Assembly (NCBI GenBank): GCA_012295275.1
Contig: CM022670.1
Location: 25,730,001 to 25,794,000 of the forward strand
Direction of reading: 5' to 3'
DNA: 64,000 nucleotides
Origin: Chrysomallon squamiferum
Taxonomy: Eukaryota; Animalia; Mollusca
The notes beneath the pieces are model-generated. The model was given only the letters and a program-made list of their open reading frames with translations, made no database searches and was not told the DNA's origin. Shown here in pieces: positions 13,488 to 38,944 of this stretch. A program made the translations under genes and the position numbers. Numbering within the stretch: the first letter of the stretch is position 1; each line of letters starts with the position of its first letter.

Positions 13488-16400
13488 TAATTTTAAAACT
13501 GTTTTTACATTTATTTTTATTATTATTATTATTTTGTTAGTCCAAACGTTGACAAAAATTATCTGAATATCTGTTAATATCATACATACTCTTGGTGCAG
13601 GTCTGTTTGGAGTTCTGTGGGGGCCGCCTAGTCGCCCAGGGATGCTGTTGAAACCCCCGAGACCCACGCGCGGTGCTAGACCAGAAGCTGATCCTGTCGA
13701 CTGTTTGTGGTCAATGAATTTATCAAAGATAGGTTTAGCAAGAGAAGCCTCGTAAGCGTCTTCTACCTGATATCTGTGATATCAAACCAGATAAATAAAT
13801 AAATTAATTAATTAATTAAACAGTTTAATCAGTTTATATTAAATCATAATCAATATTAGGTTAAACAGTTGTTGCCAAATAGAAACAATATAAAACGAGT
13901 TAACATTATGGTTCACTGGCTGCTTCTAGAACTTTACAAAGGGAAAATGTCATCTTTTAGAATTATTTTAGTATAAATAAAGAGTTAATAATAAAGCGCT
14001 TTTCCAGAAAAAAATACGAAATAACTATAATTATACATACTCTCTGTATTTTAAATTATTTATTTCCGTGTAATTTATAATTTATATTATTCTTCATCGG
14101 TTTTTAAAATTATCAGTAATAACTGTTATGTATATTTTGCATAGTACTAGAATTTAGAGCATTTCAAATGACTATTATTTTTAAAACGAAAAAAACAAAA
14201 ATAAGCCATTTACTTTGGGTATCCGAAATCATCACTAGAAGGTTGGAACTCGTTGTCACTGGAGATGGAGAAAGTGCACTGTCGGTTGTTTCCACCAGGT
14301 TGGTTGCTAACAATGGAAATACTGTTTCCTCCGTTCAGCGGTCCAGCAGACACAGGTTTTACGGGTAACTTGTGACTGAGCCTATCGCTTTTGGGCATTT
14401 TCGGAATACCTTTACTACCAAATGCATTATCTGGACTTTGACGATTTGGAGAATTCTTGTTCAGATCAGCGACATCAGGATGTGGCATGCCAGTTCCAGA
14501 ATGAGGTCTGTTTACATCTGCTTGCTGATGAGGCATATTTGATCCTTCGAGAACTTGATTTGGTACTCTAGAAGGGTTTCCTGCAACTGAATCTGTATGC
14601 GAGTTTTCTTCATTAGATCCAGGATAAGACTGTTGTATATCTGAATGTCCATCAGAATTTGGTAACGTGGATGCAGTATCAAGATGATGTGTATCGCCTT
14701 CTGTTCCTGCATATGGATGTTGTTGAAGGTTGTTTAGAGGCTGAGGTACATCAGAAGACTGATGAGAAGGATTAAAGGTTATTTTATTCTGAGGAATGCT
14801 TGCAATAAAACCTGACGGTGGAATTAGTCTTGTATTATCAAGATCCGAATTTCCAGATTTATGTTCATATCCTTTTACGGAATCTGGCAGTGATAATGGT
14901 GTGTTCTTCACATTCGTAACCCTCGAATCGATCTCATCATAATCTGGTTTGGGTGCAGCTAAAAATCCAGAGTCATCTCCTGGATGGACGCTGTTTAACA
15001 GTGATTTAGGTAATATTTGTCCTGAAGCGACTTTTATTGGAGCTCCATTCAAATCAGCTGCGCTTTCTATTCCACTGATCCTGGTGCAAACAACAAATAG
15101 GGCTAAACAGAGGAGATAGATTTTCTGCAAGCAAAAAATAAATATATAAATATATAAATAAAAAAATAAATAAAATAAAATAAAATAAAAATAAAATAGA
15201 TAAGACAGCTGATAGTGACATGCGAATTTCTTAAAATTTATAAGTAAGCACCATAAAATAAGATTTCCATTTTTAATTCTTTTTTCTTTTCTTTCCTTTC
15301 AGATGGGGAGATGGGAATGGATTTGTTTCTTCTACTATGTACATCAATATAGCGAACCTTTGTGATGACTGTATAATAACCTTCTATAAGGGTGCTAAAT
15401 GAAAACTGGTAAACTAACAGACAAATCAAAAACCTATTCTTCTACAACATTTGCACAAAATTCCCGATAGGATAAAAATAATAATAATAAATAAATAAAT
15501 ATCAACAAGGGTCCATATTTTGAAGAAAAGGGGTATCAAATTACAGCTAGAGAGGGAAATCGTAACTGTGGTGAGAATAAAGGAGAAAAAAGTCGTCGGC
15601 GACTAGAAAAAAAAAAAAAAAAAACAAACGGGACGCCAATACCCCCTATGAATTGCTTTGACATATTTGAATGCTTTCGCATATTGTTCATACACATGTT
15701 GGCAACATCAAAGAACAAACAGAGACTTATATTTAATCCATGTTAATAAAAATGGCATTTTATTTAATTTTATTTTTTTATAGAACTGTAAAAGAAATGA
15801 TTAAGCGATATTTTTGATGTAGCTCACGACAAGATCATTAAATTTGCATTGGCATTTATGATTTCAAGAAAATATTTTTATATCATAGACTGACATATCT
15901 CCTTTATGGGAAATAAATATGTATTCAGTGAAATGTGGTTGTAGGAGTTATGTATGTTTGTACGTTTGGATATGTGCACGTATGCATGTATGCATAGCAT
16001 CAGTGTGAGTGTGTGTGTGTGTCTGTGTGTGTATAAACATACAAGCATACATAAAAAATATGTTTTATGAATGTGGATGTGTGTGTGTGTATATATATAT
16101 ATATAGTATTTCTATTATCATTTTACATAGCTATAAACAAATTCATTAAAATATATAGAATTCATCCTTCTTTTGTATACAGACGACCCTCTAGTTAACG
16201 GAATAAAAGGAGGTTAAAATGTTTAGCTGGGAAATAATATTCAGATTTTCCGAGGGATATCAGAAATAGTGCAAAATATTAATAATAACAATTAATATAT
16301 GGAATAAATTTACTTTAAAATTCAGCCATGATCTTTACAATGGCGTCATTGTCAATACACCAAAAAAAAAAAAACAAAAATTAAATAAAGTTATTTATCT

Positions 16401-17372
16401 AGAGAATTCTAAGATAAAACAGAGCCCGTACAGCATCAATGCACACTTCACTAGTGTAAAACAAACAGAGTGGAGAATTATTTGCCAAATTGTGTCCGGA
16501 TTTTACGAAACCCGGCAAACTGACGTCAATAAAATATAAATTTATATGTGTGTTTAACTAGAGACGTATAAATGTTATTGGGCTGCTACGAGACAATAAA
16601 CAAAGAATGTTTCTATCTCCACAGTTTTGTTCAGTTTTATTCGTTGCTGCATTTTCCATTTATATGTATATGCATGAGACACAAAGAGTCAGAATTCATG
16701 TGGTTGCTACAGCAAACAAAAATTACGTGTTAATTTAAATACAGAGTTTGTGCGTATCATTTAGTTTAATTTTTTGCAATGGTGCAGTTCACGTAACAAA
16801 AAAAAAAAAAAAAAATTATTTTTTGATTGAAAAGATACCTTTGTCACATTGAATTAATTAAAAATAATTGAATGGAAATATACTCAATTACTATGATTAG
16901 TTAATAATGAACTAAAAATAAGTTCTTAATAATAATAATAAAGTTTCAAAGAAAATCCTCCCAAGGTGAAAACAGTTTTGCAGTGATTCAGTCATGGAGG
17001 GCGGTTTTTTTTTCAAAAATTTATGTACGAACTGACGTCATCGAAACAAAACAACAAAAAAGGAATAATATCAGCCTCATTCATGAGCTTTATTATTAGT
17101 AACAGAGTAGGTAAATAACATTAGACAAGTTAACAATTGGTTAATAAGTGATTAATAAACAGATTTTCATTGCTTTAACAAAAATGCAAATGAAACTATT
17201 TAAATGCAGCTTGCACGATGTATTAGTATACAGAAAACTGACATCATTTCGTATTTAGTTTACTGAATTTGAGATATATATTAAACATTATAATTATATA
17301 ATTTGTATTAAAATTATGGAACTTAGCATTATTTCATGGATGTATAAATATAAAATGACTTACCTGGGACAT
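11642..17372 (-). CDS. Spaetzle/neurotrophin-like cystine-knot preproprotein, paralogue 2 (542 aa; alternative in-frame ATG at 17381). Coding exons: 17372-17364, 15124-14214, 13773-13590, 13325-13117, 12569-12426, 11813-11642
   Basis: Same exon number and phases as paralogue 1, with a 9-nt first coding segment and a 144-nt fifth exon in both. Signal peptide MSQKIYLLCLALFVVCTRISG; FHFRKRR|MAG site. Domain: FEPLNFQSDVQDICPVVSKSVLKSFKKYGSTCFVWEPTKQNLNFVQCSKTKCRTCRSRNTSSKCMAEQVTSWVWAYCEQGPFAGQVALEKIKLPMYCTCKIYRC*. Minus-strand AATAAA at 11601-11606. Confidence 0.88.
16521..17040. promoter_or_regulatory. Two perfect CRE/ATF palindromes (TGACGTCA at 16521-16528 and 17033-17040) in intron 1 of paralogue 2
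   Basis: Exact 8-bp palindromes read directly from the sequence; function untested. Confidence 0.35.
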
Positions 17373-18248
17373 TTCAGTCATTGCTTCTATAACGGTGAAA
17401 TTATTTCAAGTGTTCTAAATTTCGTTCCGTCTCTTGCACAGCGGGATGTGTTTAAACAGGACATGCAGCGGCAGAGTTTGGAGACCAGGAAGGTCCTAAC
17501 ATTTTACGATTCTTTAACTGATTTAGACTCTGCATCTCTTGATAGAAGAATAATGATAAGTTGATTGTTAAGGTGTGCTAACAAAGACAGATTAATCTCA
17601 CGCACAGTGGGCACGCCACAAGCCGGGCAGCTGGTGACATCACGTACATTAAGTCTTCAGACGATAGTAACAAATTGTTTCAGGTTCACATTTTTATATC
17701 CACGGTTCTGTCATACTGCAGAATTAAAAGTCAGTTAAAAGCCACTCGCGGCTATGATGTAAATAATTCTAAGGAATTACAGTCGTATTAAACAGCAGTA
17801 AAACTGTAACTGCAAGTAAATGTCTGATTTCGGGGTGTCACTGGCTGAAAACCGTCCCCCTTAGACAACAACCGTTCCCTATAAAATAGAGGCTGTATGC
17901 TATATAAGTGTGAATGTGTGCATCAGGTTTATTCGTTTTATTATTATTGCTAGTATTAGTATTGTTATTATCATCATCACTCTTAATTTTTTATCATTTG
18001 TATTTTCTTTTTATTACTTTTTTTTTTTTTTCTTTTTTGTTGGTTGCATTTTCAATCCACAAACTGCACAATCCGCTTCTTTTTTTCTTTTTTTTTACCA
18101 ATTATGTCTTTTTAATGAACATTCCGTTAGACAGAAACAAAATGTTGCCCTTAAATCAGTGTGGAACGGGAATTAGGGTATATATATACATACATTTCTT
18201 AATTCGTGCATGTATATATGAATGTCTTTGTGATGGGGCATGAAGTAT

Positions 18249-18289
<41 letters not shown>

Positions 18290-18460
18290 TGTGTGTGTGT
18301 GTGACATATTTTAAAACTAATCTATGTAATATCTTGTTGCAGATGATTACTTTTTCCACATTTATTATTTACTCTTCCCGACTGTGATTTTCTTAACGGT
18401 TAATCTCTCCCTTAAGACCACAGACGATGAAAACACATCCAGGTCATTAGACAATATTTA

Positions 18461-18491
<31 letters not shown>

Positions 18492-19039
18492 GGTGTTTTT
18501 TCTTTCTTTTACTTTTATCGAAATTACCTTTCCGAGATGCTGTTGTTCTAGATTAATATCGATAGTTCAGTCTCGAGAGGGAGGCAGGCTTTTCTGCATT
18601 GTCCGCTCATGTTTCTGAAAACCGAGTACGTCACTACAGGCAAAATGGCATGCGATTAACGGAAATGTCGCGCCGTAAACACAATCTTTCTAAATGAAAA
18701 GACGGAGGTGGATGAAACATGTTATATAGATATAACATGACGGCCAATCATTCGTCTGAGCGTGAGCGGTGGATGTGACTGCATACCAGTTATAGTGTTT
18801 GGTGCCATTTAATGGCATAATCATGATTCTTTTCTTTTTTTTTTTTTTTTTTTTTTTGGTGACTGAAACAACAGCACGTTGTTGAAACGTTAACCAAAAT
18901 TAGTTATTTTGTTTTCAGTGTTTTTAATTCTGTATCAAAATACGCTGCAACACTTCATGACCTTTTGGGGTTTTTTCCAGATTTAAAAACATTTAACGTA
19001 ATCTCTTGTAAGAAAACAGTGCCAGAATATCACAGCAGT

Positions 19040-19156
19040 ATGTTGGTGCGGAAAGGAACTATGGCTCGAAAGAACCGGAACAGATATAATCGACGAAAAA
19101 GCAGCGGCTCTCAGGGAATTCTTGTCTCGCAGCAGCTAACTAAAACGTCTTTTGGG
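19040..19156 (+). CDS. Candidate upstream coding exon of the TMEM272-like gene (MLVRKGTMARKNRNRYNRRKSSGSQGILVSQQLTKTSFG)
   Basis: Acceptor-like ttttttccag ends at 18980; open frame from ATG 19040; phase-0 donor GGG|GTACGT compatible with phase-0 acceptors before 27824 or 34882. Confidence 0.45.
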
Positions 19157-19174
19157 GTACGTAGTTTATCTTCA

Positions 19175-19259
<85 letters not shown>

Positions 19260-19954
19260 GCCTATCTATATGTATGTGTGTGAGTACGTCTCCTCTGTTT
19301 CTCTCTATCAATATCTTATGTATATCATCTTCCTAATTATGCTATGGTGATTACTTTCGGTTCAGTTTATTATAAAACGGATTATAGAAAAATAGGCCAA
19401 AGCTTGTTAAGTAACAAATAAATATATAATTGGAGAGGCATAGTGAACCAAACGTGCCGAATATTCTACTTAGTAATCACGTAACAACAAAAATATCAGT
19501 AATTTAAATAACGGTTTTTCTGACATAACCGCCTCATGTTTAAAATGAATGAAAAAAGTGTTCTGTGTTATATAAAACATTTATATATATATACAAATAC
19601 GTTTCTAGGACAAAACCTAGAATGTACACTAAAATTGAGATCAGAACTAATCATGATCAGAACTCGACTCTTAATTAGAAAGAAGAAAGCTAATAGATAA
19701 ATTAGATAACAGAGATTTCATGACAATGACCTTAAATACGCTTTGTTTTCAGACAAAAGTTTAGTACAGAAGAAATCTGAATGACAAAATCTTTAAACTT
19801 CCTGGCGCTGTCATATTAGACAAATTTTACTTGAATTTTTTCATGTTAGTGTTAACTTCTAAATAATTAATAAATGAAAAAGGACATGTGCAGTCATATA
19901 AACACAGTCTATGATTTCATTCAGTTTGAGATTCGGTGTAAATGACAAATATAG

Positions 19955-20025
19955 GTACAGATATAGATATAGATATAGATATAGATACAGATATAGATAT
20001 ATATATAGATACAGATATAGATATA
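19955..20025. repeat. (AGATAT)n hexanucleotide microsatellite
   Basis: Directly visible; source of the poly-YR ORF. Confidence 0.9.
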
Positions 20026-20212
20026 AAGAGAGAGTCAGATATATAATAGATATGCATTGTTTCTGTAATGTTTTGCGAATAAATCATTCCGGAGTTCATA
20101 TGCACCTATAATAATCCTTCAAAGTAATTCAGACAACAGACAATAATTTATAAGTTATAATAATAAGAACAAGAATGGCAACAACAACAACAACCCCAAA
20201 AAAGTAATAGTA

Positions 20213-20243
<31 letters not shown>

Positions 20244-23200
20244 AATAACATCAGTTTTTAATGACCATCTTGCCATTGTGGTTATATCAATTTACGTTTT
20301 GATTACGTTTCTGACATCATTTTTGTTTGGTTTTTCTATGTTTTATATTGATTAATAAAAACATACGTTACTAACGAGCGCATTAAAATGTAACAAAAGA
20401 CGCCGTATATGATGCTGCTGCCAAGATAAACTTCTTTAATTATATACATAATAACGGCAGAGCAACGTCAAAGAAAAACAACAGATTTGTTAAAACTATT
20501 AGAATAGAGAAACGGATCAATAAATGTTTCTAAATGTTGGGAACGTTTTACATTCGGCTCGAGTTTTATTTTAATTGTAACCGAAGAAAATTTTTAAAAA
20601 ATCTATAATCTATTTGAATCTTAATGAAAAGAGAATATGTTCGTCATCGGTATATAATCTGCGAGGTTTGGTTTTCTTTTCAAAACCGAACTTATGTGAT
20701 ACAGTATTGGCTAGAAGAAAGAGCGTGATAATCTTACAAAATATTTTATTGAATATTTTTACAGAAACAGAAATTTCATATAACCAGTGACACGAAATGC
20801 GTGAAATAGAGTATTTGGAAAGCAATAAAACAACACTCTGGTACCAACTTATGATACCCGCCTTTTAGACAGTTTTACTATAACAAAAACTGCTCGGTTG
20901 CTCCCCATTCTAATAGCGTCCACAGTAGATAAACTGTACAATATCTATTAGGCCCAAAAGGTCGTTGTTTTATTAATGCTCCATCGAAGATGTCTAGGCA
21001 GAGAAATAAATATATATGTTAATTGTTTAAGTACACTAAGAGCTTACTAACTGATAATTAATCCAAATGGCTTTGAGGTAATTACGAAATCGTGATATAG
21101 GATTTTTGTAATCGAATGTGGGTGCTTCCATCTCTACAGGGCTAATTAGTAAATTATTTATATAAATACAAGATGCAATAGTAACTCTTACGAAAAGCCA
21201 GAGTGTAAATTTATCAAAAAAATGGAATAAAGAAACATTAATTTTATCAGTGACTGCGTTTTTGTTACTAGTTAATATTCACAGAGATATAGATGTAGAT
21301 GCAGATACTGATAATTGATAAAAAAAAATATATATATACTGCAGTTGCAGTTAGTTATTTGTTGTTTTGTTTACATTGGAGTACTTTTTGGTTCTGAGGC
21401 TGCTGCTGCTGATGATGTGTGTGCATATGTATGCGTCCGTATGTATTCGTACCTGAGTAGATGTGTTTGCTAACTCACATCGGATGTGGGCAGACTATAA
21501 AATACATAAACTGACAAGGTTAGATGGAGAAAATGTCATTCCACTTAGCAAATTATGTCGTTGTTCTTCTCTGACACGGAAAACTGAAACAGTGGATGAC
21601 AAAACGGAAAGCACTATGTTTAATTAGAATAGTAAAGAAAAGCAGTAGCAGACAAAGCCATCTGATAAACAACATGGATTGCCTTTTAGTCGAAGATACA
21701 TTAGTCCTAATATCTAAACTTCTTCTATTAAACACATTGTTTGGAGGATAATATAAGACCGTAGTCAAGTAATAAAATAAATAAATAACATTTTAAAAAT
21801 TCCAAACAAAAAAACGCCTAAAAGTATTCCTTAGCATTTGGCCAAATATTGCAGAAGAAGAAGATGATGATGATGTTATCAGCTGAGTAAAGCTGTACAA
21901 GTTTAATACCATTTTTATAATATCGCTAATTATGTATTAATTTCATTAATAATTTTGGAGAATTGTTCCCAATTTATGATGCTTAAAATGTAAAAGTAAA
22001 AGACAGAAATACTGAATCGAAGCCTGATTTTTATAATAGTCTTAGGGTAATTATAGTATTATGTTAATGTCGTGGTAAGGAGAGTAACTCATTTGTCAGA
22101 GCGGACAGTTGAGGCATAATGTGTCATAGGATCTAGATCTGTCTATGTTAAAAACCATAATACAGGGGTTTTGGGGTTGTTTTTCTTTTCTTTTCTCTTT
22201 TTTTTTTCTGGACTTCCATTTATAAAAGATCTCTTGAAAGCGAAAAAGAATACAGATAGTCTTCTGCTTACACTCACGATATATTCTGCAAAAACGGACG
22301 CAGTTTGGAATGGATGTTTCTCAGAAAGTACATTAGTTTCTTTGTGTGTGAAATGTTAGACATTTTCTATTTCTGCCAAGAAAAGAACTCTTACTTTATT
22401 TTGTCCTCTGTCACTCATTTTATTGGTGGATTTTCCTTGTTTGTTTTGTTCTTACTTTCCTCTTCTCGTTTTTTTTATTGTTGTTGTTGTTGATGTTGTT
22501 GTTTCGGGGGAGGGGGTTGTCGCGGTCTTACGTAAGTCGTAAAGGTCTCAACTAGGGAACTAGCTGTAGCCTGTCGTGCATCGATGACTGCTTTGTTTTC
22601 TCATTATCTGTACCACAGATTAAAAATGTGCTGATAAAAACTAAAAATAGTTCTTCTTCCTTTTTCGTTTACACTTAATGCCCATAACATTTCATAGAAC
22701 TGAAATCAGTAAACAGAAGTGCAATAATATCTGCAAAATATCTGCACATGCAGAGGAAGATAATCTAAAGCTGAACTGTAAATTTTACAATAAACATAAT
22801 AACAGTTCATTTATTAGCCTCCAGATATACCATTATAATTCATTCTCAAGCGCAACGCAAGTCTTGCTAATTAATAGCCTTCGGGAAAATGATTTCAAGC
22901 AGGAAAATAATCCACTTTAGAAACAAATTACTTGGGTAATGTTAAAACAAATGTAAGTGCTGGGCCAAGTTCCTATTTATACAATAATCTATTGGATTCG
23001 CACTTGGTCATCCTCATGTTAGAACATACAAACTGATACAGACGGATATTTTCTGAATAAAAAACATTCAGAAAGGTGTCCAGTATTCTCTACTGAATCT
23101 TAAACCATACTCCTTTTGAGTAATAAGTAAACAGAAAATATAAGGAACTGAATTTTATTGGTGAAAATACCAGGTAAAGCAGATGAAAAAAGTACAGAGA

Positions 23201-23431
23201 TAGTAAAATCAAGGGAATTGTAATTGCAAAAATGCCTGGTAAGGTGGTTTTAAGAAACAAAACTGAAATAAGAATGATCAGTAACAGTCGTTTATAAGCC
23301 TTCAGATATAAGATTATAAATTATTGCTACGCACAATACCAGTGTTTTTAATTAGTAGCTTTCGGCAAAGGTAAATAAAGAGAATAGTCATTTCATTTGA
23401 AAACTTTCTTATGTCTTTGTCTTTTTTATTT

Positions 23432-23879
23432 CATAACTTTACGAATGTATTTATGTATTTGTTTATTACTGTTATTATTATTGTTTCTAATTTTTAAAAT
23501 GATGATTGTTTATTACTGTTATAAGATATCTAAGTACATTCCTGAGTAATGATACTGTAAATAAATACTATTGCTTGAATACAATTAAAGAACAAAAATA
23601 TAATAATAAATTATTCAGAACACTGTTACTGGTGAGATTTCTGCGTGTACTCATAAATTATATGTTATCAGCCAAAGACAGGAGGTTCATAGACATTGTT
23701 TACAAACTATTTACAATACTTAACTTTCTCCATTCTTTCCAACTCTCTCATTCACATCAAACGTACATACGTACACACACATAAATACACACATTAACTT
23801 GAAGATTGTACTGTTTGCTGTCGTAAGGGTTTTGTTTATTCTGAAAATAGAGTTGCTATCACAGATATTTGAAAATGCT

Positions 23880-23914
<35 letters not shown>

Positions 23915-25530
23915 CTGATAGAAATATAAGTATACAATAATCGCTGTATTTAACATTAATGATATATATATATATATATATATTAAAGCACAATTTTAAC
24001 TGCATAACTTTACGAATTTATTTATGTATTTGTTTATTATTGTTATTGTTATTGTTTCTAATACTGTAATTTTTAAAATGATGATTGTTACTATTGTTAG
24101 TGGTGGTAGTAGTTGTGGTTGTAGTAGTACATAGCTAGGTGCAAGAGATTTAATACAACTACTACCGCAAATAATAATAATAATAAAATTTTAAAAATAA
24201 TAAATTAAATAAATAAATAAAAATAATAATAATAACAACAGCAACAATAATAATAATAATAAATAAATAAATAATAATGATAATAATAATACCAACAATA
24301 ATAATAACAATAACAGCAGCATCAACAACAACACCAACAACAACAACAACAACAACAACAATAATAATAATAATAACGATTTCATGGTCAAATTTGTTTG
24401 TGAATGAAATCCGAGATCATTTAACTGGCTAAATATTAATGAATCAATACAAATGATCAACAGACACGATATCAGGTCCAAAATAGATTCTAGCATAAAG
24501 ATTATCTAATTAAGAGAAGGTTATTTATGACGTTTCACATGCTTTTAATTACCATTGAAAAATATATATAAATCTCTAATTAAAAAAATAATAAAAATGA
24601 TTAAAATAAAGAAAGAAAGAAATAAAGACAGACAGAAAGAAAGAAAGAAAGAAATAACATTAAAACAACTGTAAACATATTAGATTTGAAGAAAATTATA
24701 ACCGTTATAATTCGGAAATCGACTGTTTGTAATTTTGTCTAAAGTTCAGTTATTCTATTTTATAATGTAATTCAGTGAGTTTCGTTCTCCAGCATGGACG
24801 AATTCTTTTAAAAGCCTTTGCCGGCAGATAACCGAATGTTTCTTCCATGCATGGAAAATAAGAGTTACTTCCCTTACGAGAAACAAATAACCGAGAAGAA
24901 TTAATGTGTAACACGAATAATATTATGAAAATTATTATTTATTAATATCAGCAGACGTAATTTAAAATGTAAATTGATATTCTGTTTAATTTTATTTATA
25001 ATGTGACTGATTATCATGGATATTAATATATATATTTTTTTTTTCTCGTTCATTAAATACCTATTTGTTTTATTGCTTTAAGACAAACGTAATTAATATA
25101 AAGTCACAAAAGCAGGTTTTGTTTTATTCTAATTTGTTTATTACTGTCACAAGATATATAATTCTTGTTAAAGTACATTCCTGAGTAATGATACTGTAAA
25201 TAAATACTATTGCTTGAATACAAGTAAAGAACAAAAAAATAATAATAAATTATTCAGAACGTTAAACACTGTTACTGGTGAGATTTCTGCATGTACTCAT
25301 AAATTATGTTATCAGCCAAAGACAGGAGGCTGGTAGACATTGTTTACAAACTATTTACAATACGTCATTGGCTTAACTTTCTACACTCTTTCCAGCTCCT
25401 TCATTCATATCAAACGTACATACGTACGCACACATAAATACACACATTAACTTGAAGATTGAATTGTTTGTTGTCGTAAGGGTTTTGTTTATTCTGAAAA
25501 TAGAGTTGTTGTCATAGATATTTGAAAATG

Positions 25531-25575
<45 letters not shown>

Positions 25576-25643
25576 CTAAGAGAAATAAAAGTATACTATA
25601 ATCGCTGTATTTAACATTAATGATATATATATATTGTGCTTTA

Positions 25644-25690
<47 letters not shown>

Positions 25691-25711
25691 AAGCACAAGT
25701 TTTAACTGCAT
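23432..25711 (+). repeat. Local direct duplication: block A 23432-23510 / 24003-24090; block B ~23506-24005 / ~25134-25711
   Basis: Long near-identical stretches such as aagtacattcctgagtaatgatactgtaaataaatactattgcttgaatacaa and aagggttttgtttattctgaaaatagagttg occur twice, each with the same (CA)n and (TA)n tracts. Confidence 0.92.
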
Positions 25712-26272
25712 AGTATTTTTGGGGGGTATGTATAATTTTAATATGGTTTAATATATTTGTTTCGTTTTCTGCATTATTTTTCACGTTATTATATAATTTG
25801 TACTTGTTTGTTGCGCAATACTTGTTCGTTTATAACAAACCATTATAAAGTTAAATCATCAAACATATTCCAAATAAATTCGTGATTTTAAACGTGTAAA
25901 TTTCAGAGATTTACCAATTCCATGCAAAGAATGTAAATTCATTGTTCTCTGATCGACGGACTGTGAGATCAGGGATTAGTTTCTAAAGATATATTCTGAC
26001 AGCTATAATTTGTCATTAGTATGACATACAATGGTAAATTAAGGAATATAATAATAATAAGTTAGTGTAATTGATAGACTATTCAGCAAGTCCGTGATTC
26101 GTGTTAGCTTAATGGCTCTGATATTGTAAGTGTGTGAATTGCTTATTATCCCACTCACTGAACTAAGCAGGCGAACCAGAGGTTACACATTTTAAAAATA
26201 ATGCAGTTCTTTTTCAGAGCTTTTATATATTATATACTTCTTCAGGACAAAATATTAACTGGTATCATAGAC

Positions 26273-26317
<45 letters not shown>

Positions 26318-27148
26318 CTTATAAAACTATTTGTCTAACAATAGTTGGAAATGTCATATTTTTTATTTGTTGAATTCATTTATGATTCCAGAAAAAAAAA
26401 AATGTATTAAACTATACATGACAAGTGTATACAAAAATATATCTGTTCCTAAAACTCTGGTCTGAAGAAGAGAACACGATCTCGTCAGTTCGGTTACAGA
26501 CAGCTACTTGTAAAACACAGCTCTGTTCTCATCACCTCGCTGAATCGTACGCCTAAAGCGACGTTTAATTACACATTACTTCCTGATTGAAGTGTAGGTA
26601 CATTGTCTAAGTAATCAGTGTCTTATGCCATACAAATACTTTCGATTTCCCTAACTTATCCTCACAGCAGTTAGGGTTCTCCCTGAGGCAACACCTAGTT
26701 ATTTCACATCATTTCAGTTGTGATAGAAGCAGTTTACTGTGCAGCCTGAGGTAAAAGCAAAAAAAAAATGTGTAGAATTTTTTGTTTCTTTAGCTTTCTC
26801 TCTTTTTTCAGACAAATAAAATCAAACTGTCACACGCAAAAGGATTGTTCCTATGTTTTTGCTTATGATGATAATAATGATGATGATGATGACTATTGTT
26901 GTTGTTGTTGTTGTTGTTGATGTTATTATTTTGTTATTATTTTCATCATCATTAGTGGTAATGGTAGTGATGTGATGCTCAGTACCCAGTCAGGCTTTTA
27001 CGTTATCCTCTTTAAAGTTTTTATACTTCCATTAAAATTTCAAAAACATGGGCTAGTCACAACTTAGTTGTTTTTATTTTTATTTTTTTATTTTTTTATT
27101 TTTATTTTTTTATTATTTGTTCGTATTATTATTTATTTATTTATTTAT

Positions 27149-27211
<63 letters not shown>

Positions 27212-27778
27212 ATTTTCAAAACATCTAGTAAATAGATAGTTATGCACGCTTATGATATATGGAATGATTTTTCTTTGAAGAAAAACAACGAAAGAAAGAA
27301 GAAAACAATCTAACTTATAATTCGGCACCTCAGCACATTAAAATAATTAATATCTATGACGGAATATTACCACAGAGTTACAGTCCTGTCCACAAACGAT
27401 TATACACTGTTTACGAAATATGTTGCTGATAATAATTAGAATACACACGACCTCTCTGTTGACCATAAGACATATTTACATCACGATAATTGTACAAATG
27501 GACAGAAAGTGCTTAAATAAGCATAATTTTCCAATCATGCTCGTCACAAAGTTAGAACCGTTTCGGCTCTTCCCACGCGCCTTTTGTACACATACGTATT
27601 AGTCGATCCAGAATTAATTACTGCTCTCGCGGCAGGCTCTGTTTCTCTCTCTCTTCCGATGCCATGTATTTCTGTGACTCTGATTGCAGTCGTAGGTGAT
27701 GATCTTCTCTTTTGTTAGAAAAGTCAGGGTTTTTTGTGTGTGTGGAGTAATTGCGTGTTATAGTTTTGGAGCTGAAAC

Positions 27779-38765
<10,987 letters not shown>

Positions 38766-38890
38766 ACATAGGCACGGCTAACCTAATCTGATATCTGAAT
38801 AAGAAAACAAGAATTTAAAAATATATATATATATATATCAGAAAGTACGTGAAAATGAACAGAATCACTATGTTTCGGAGTAATATATTG

Positions 38891-38944
<54 letters not shown>

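Noticed and set aside
13767-13769. Alternative acceptor (tatcag) for exon 3 of paralogue 2
   Set aside because: It creates an immediate in-frame TAG after the phase-2 junction.
16308-16350. ATGs near a GTAAAT donor as first exon of paralogue 2
   Set aside because: Both ATGs hit an in-frame TAA or give the wrong phase. The 17372 exon has a consensus donor and mirrors paralogue 1.
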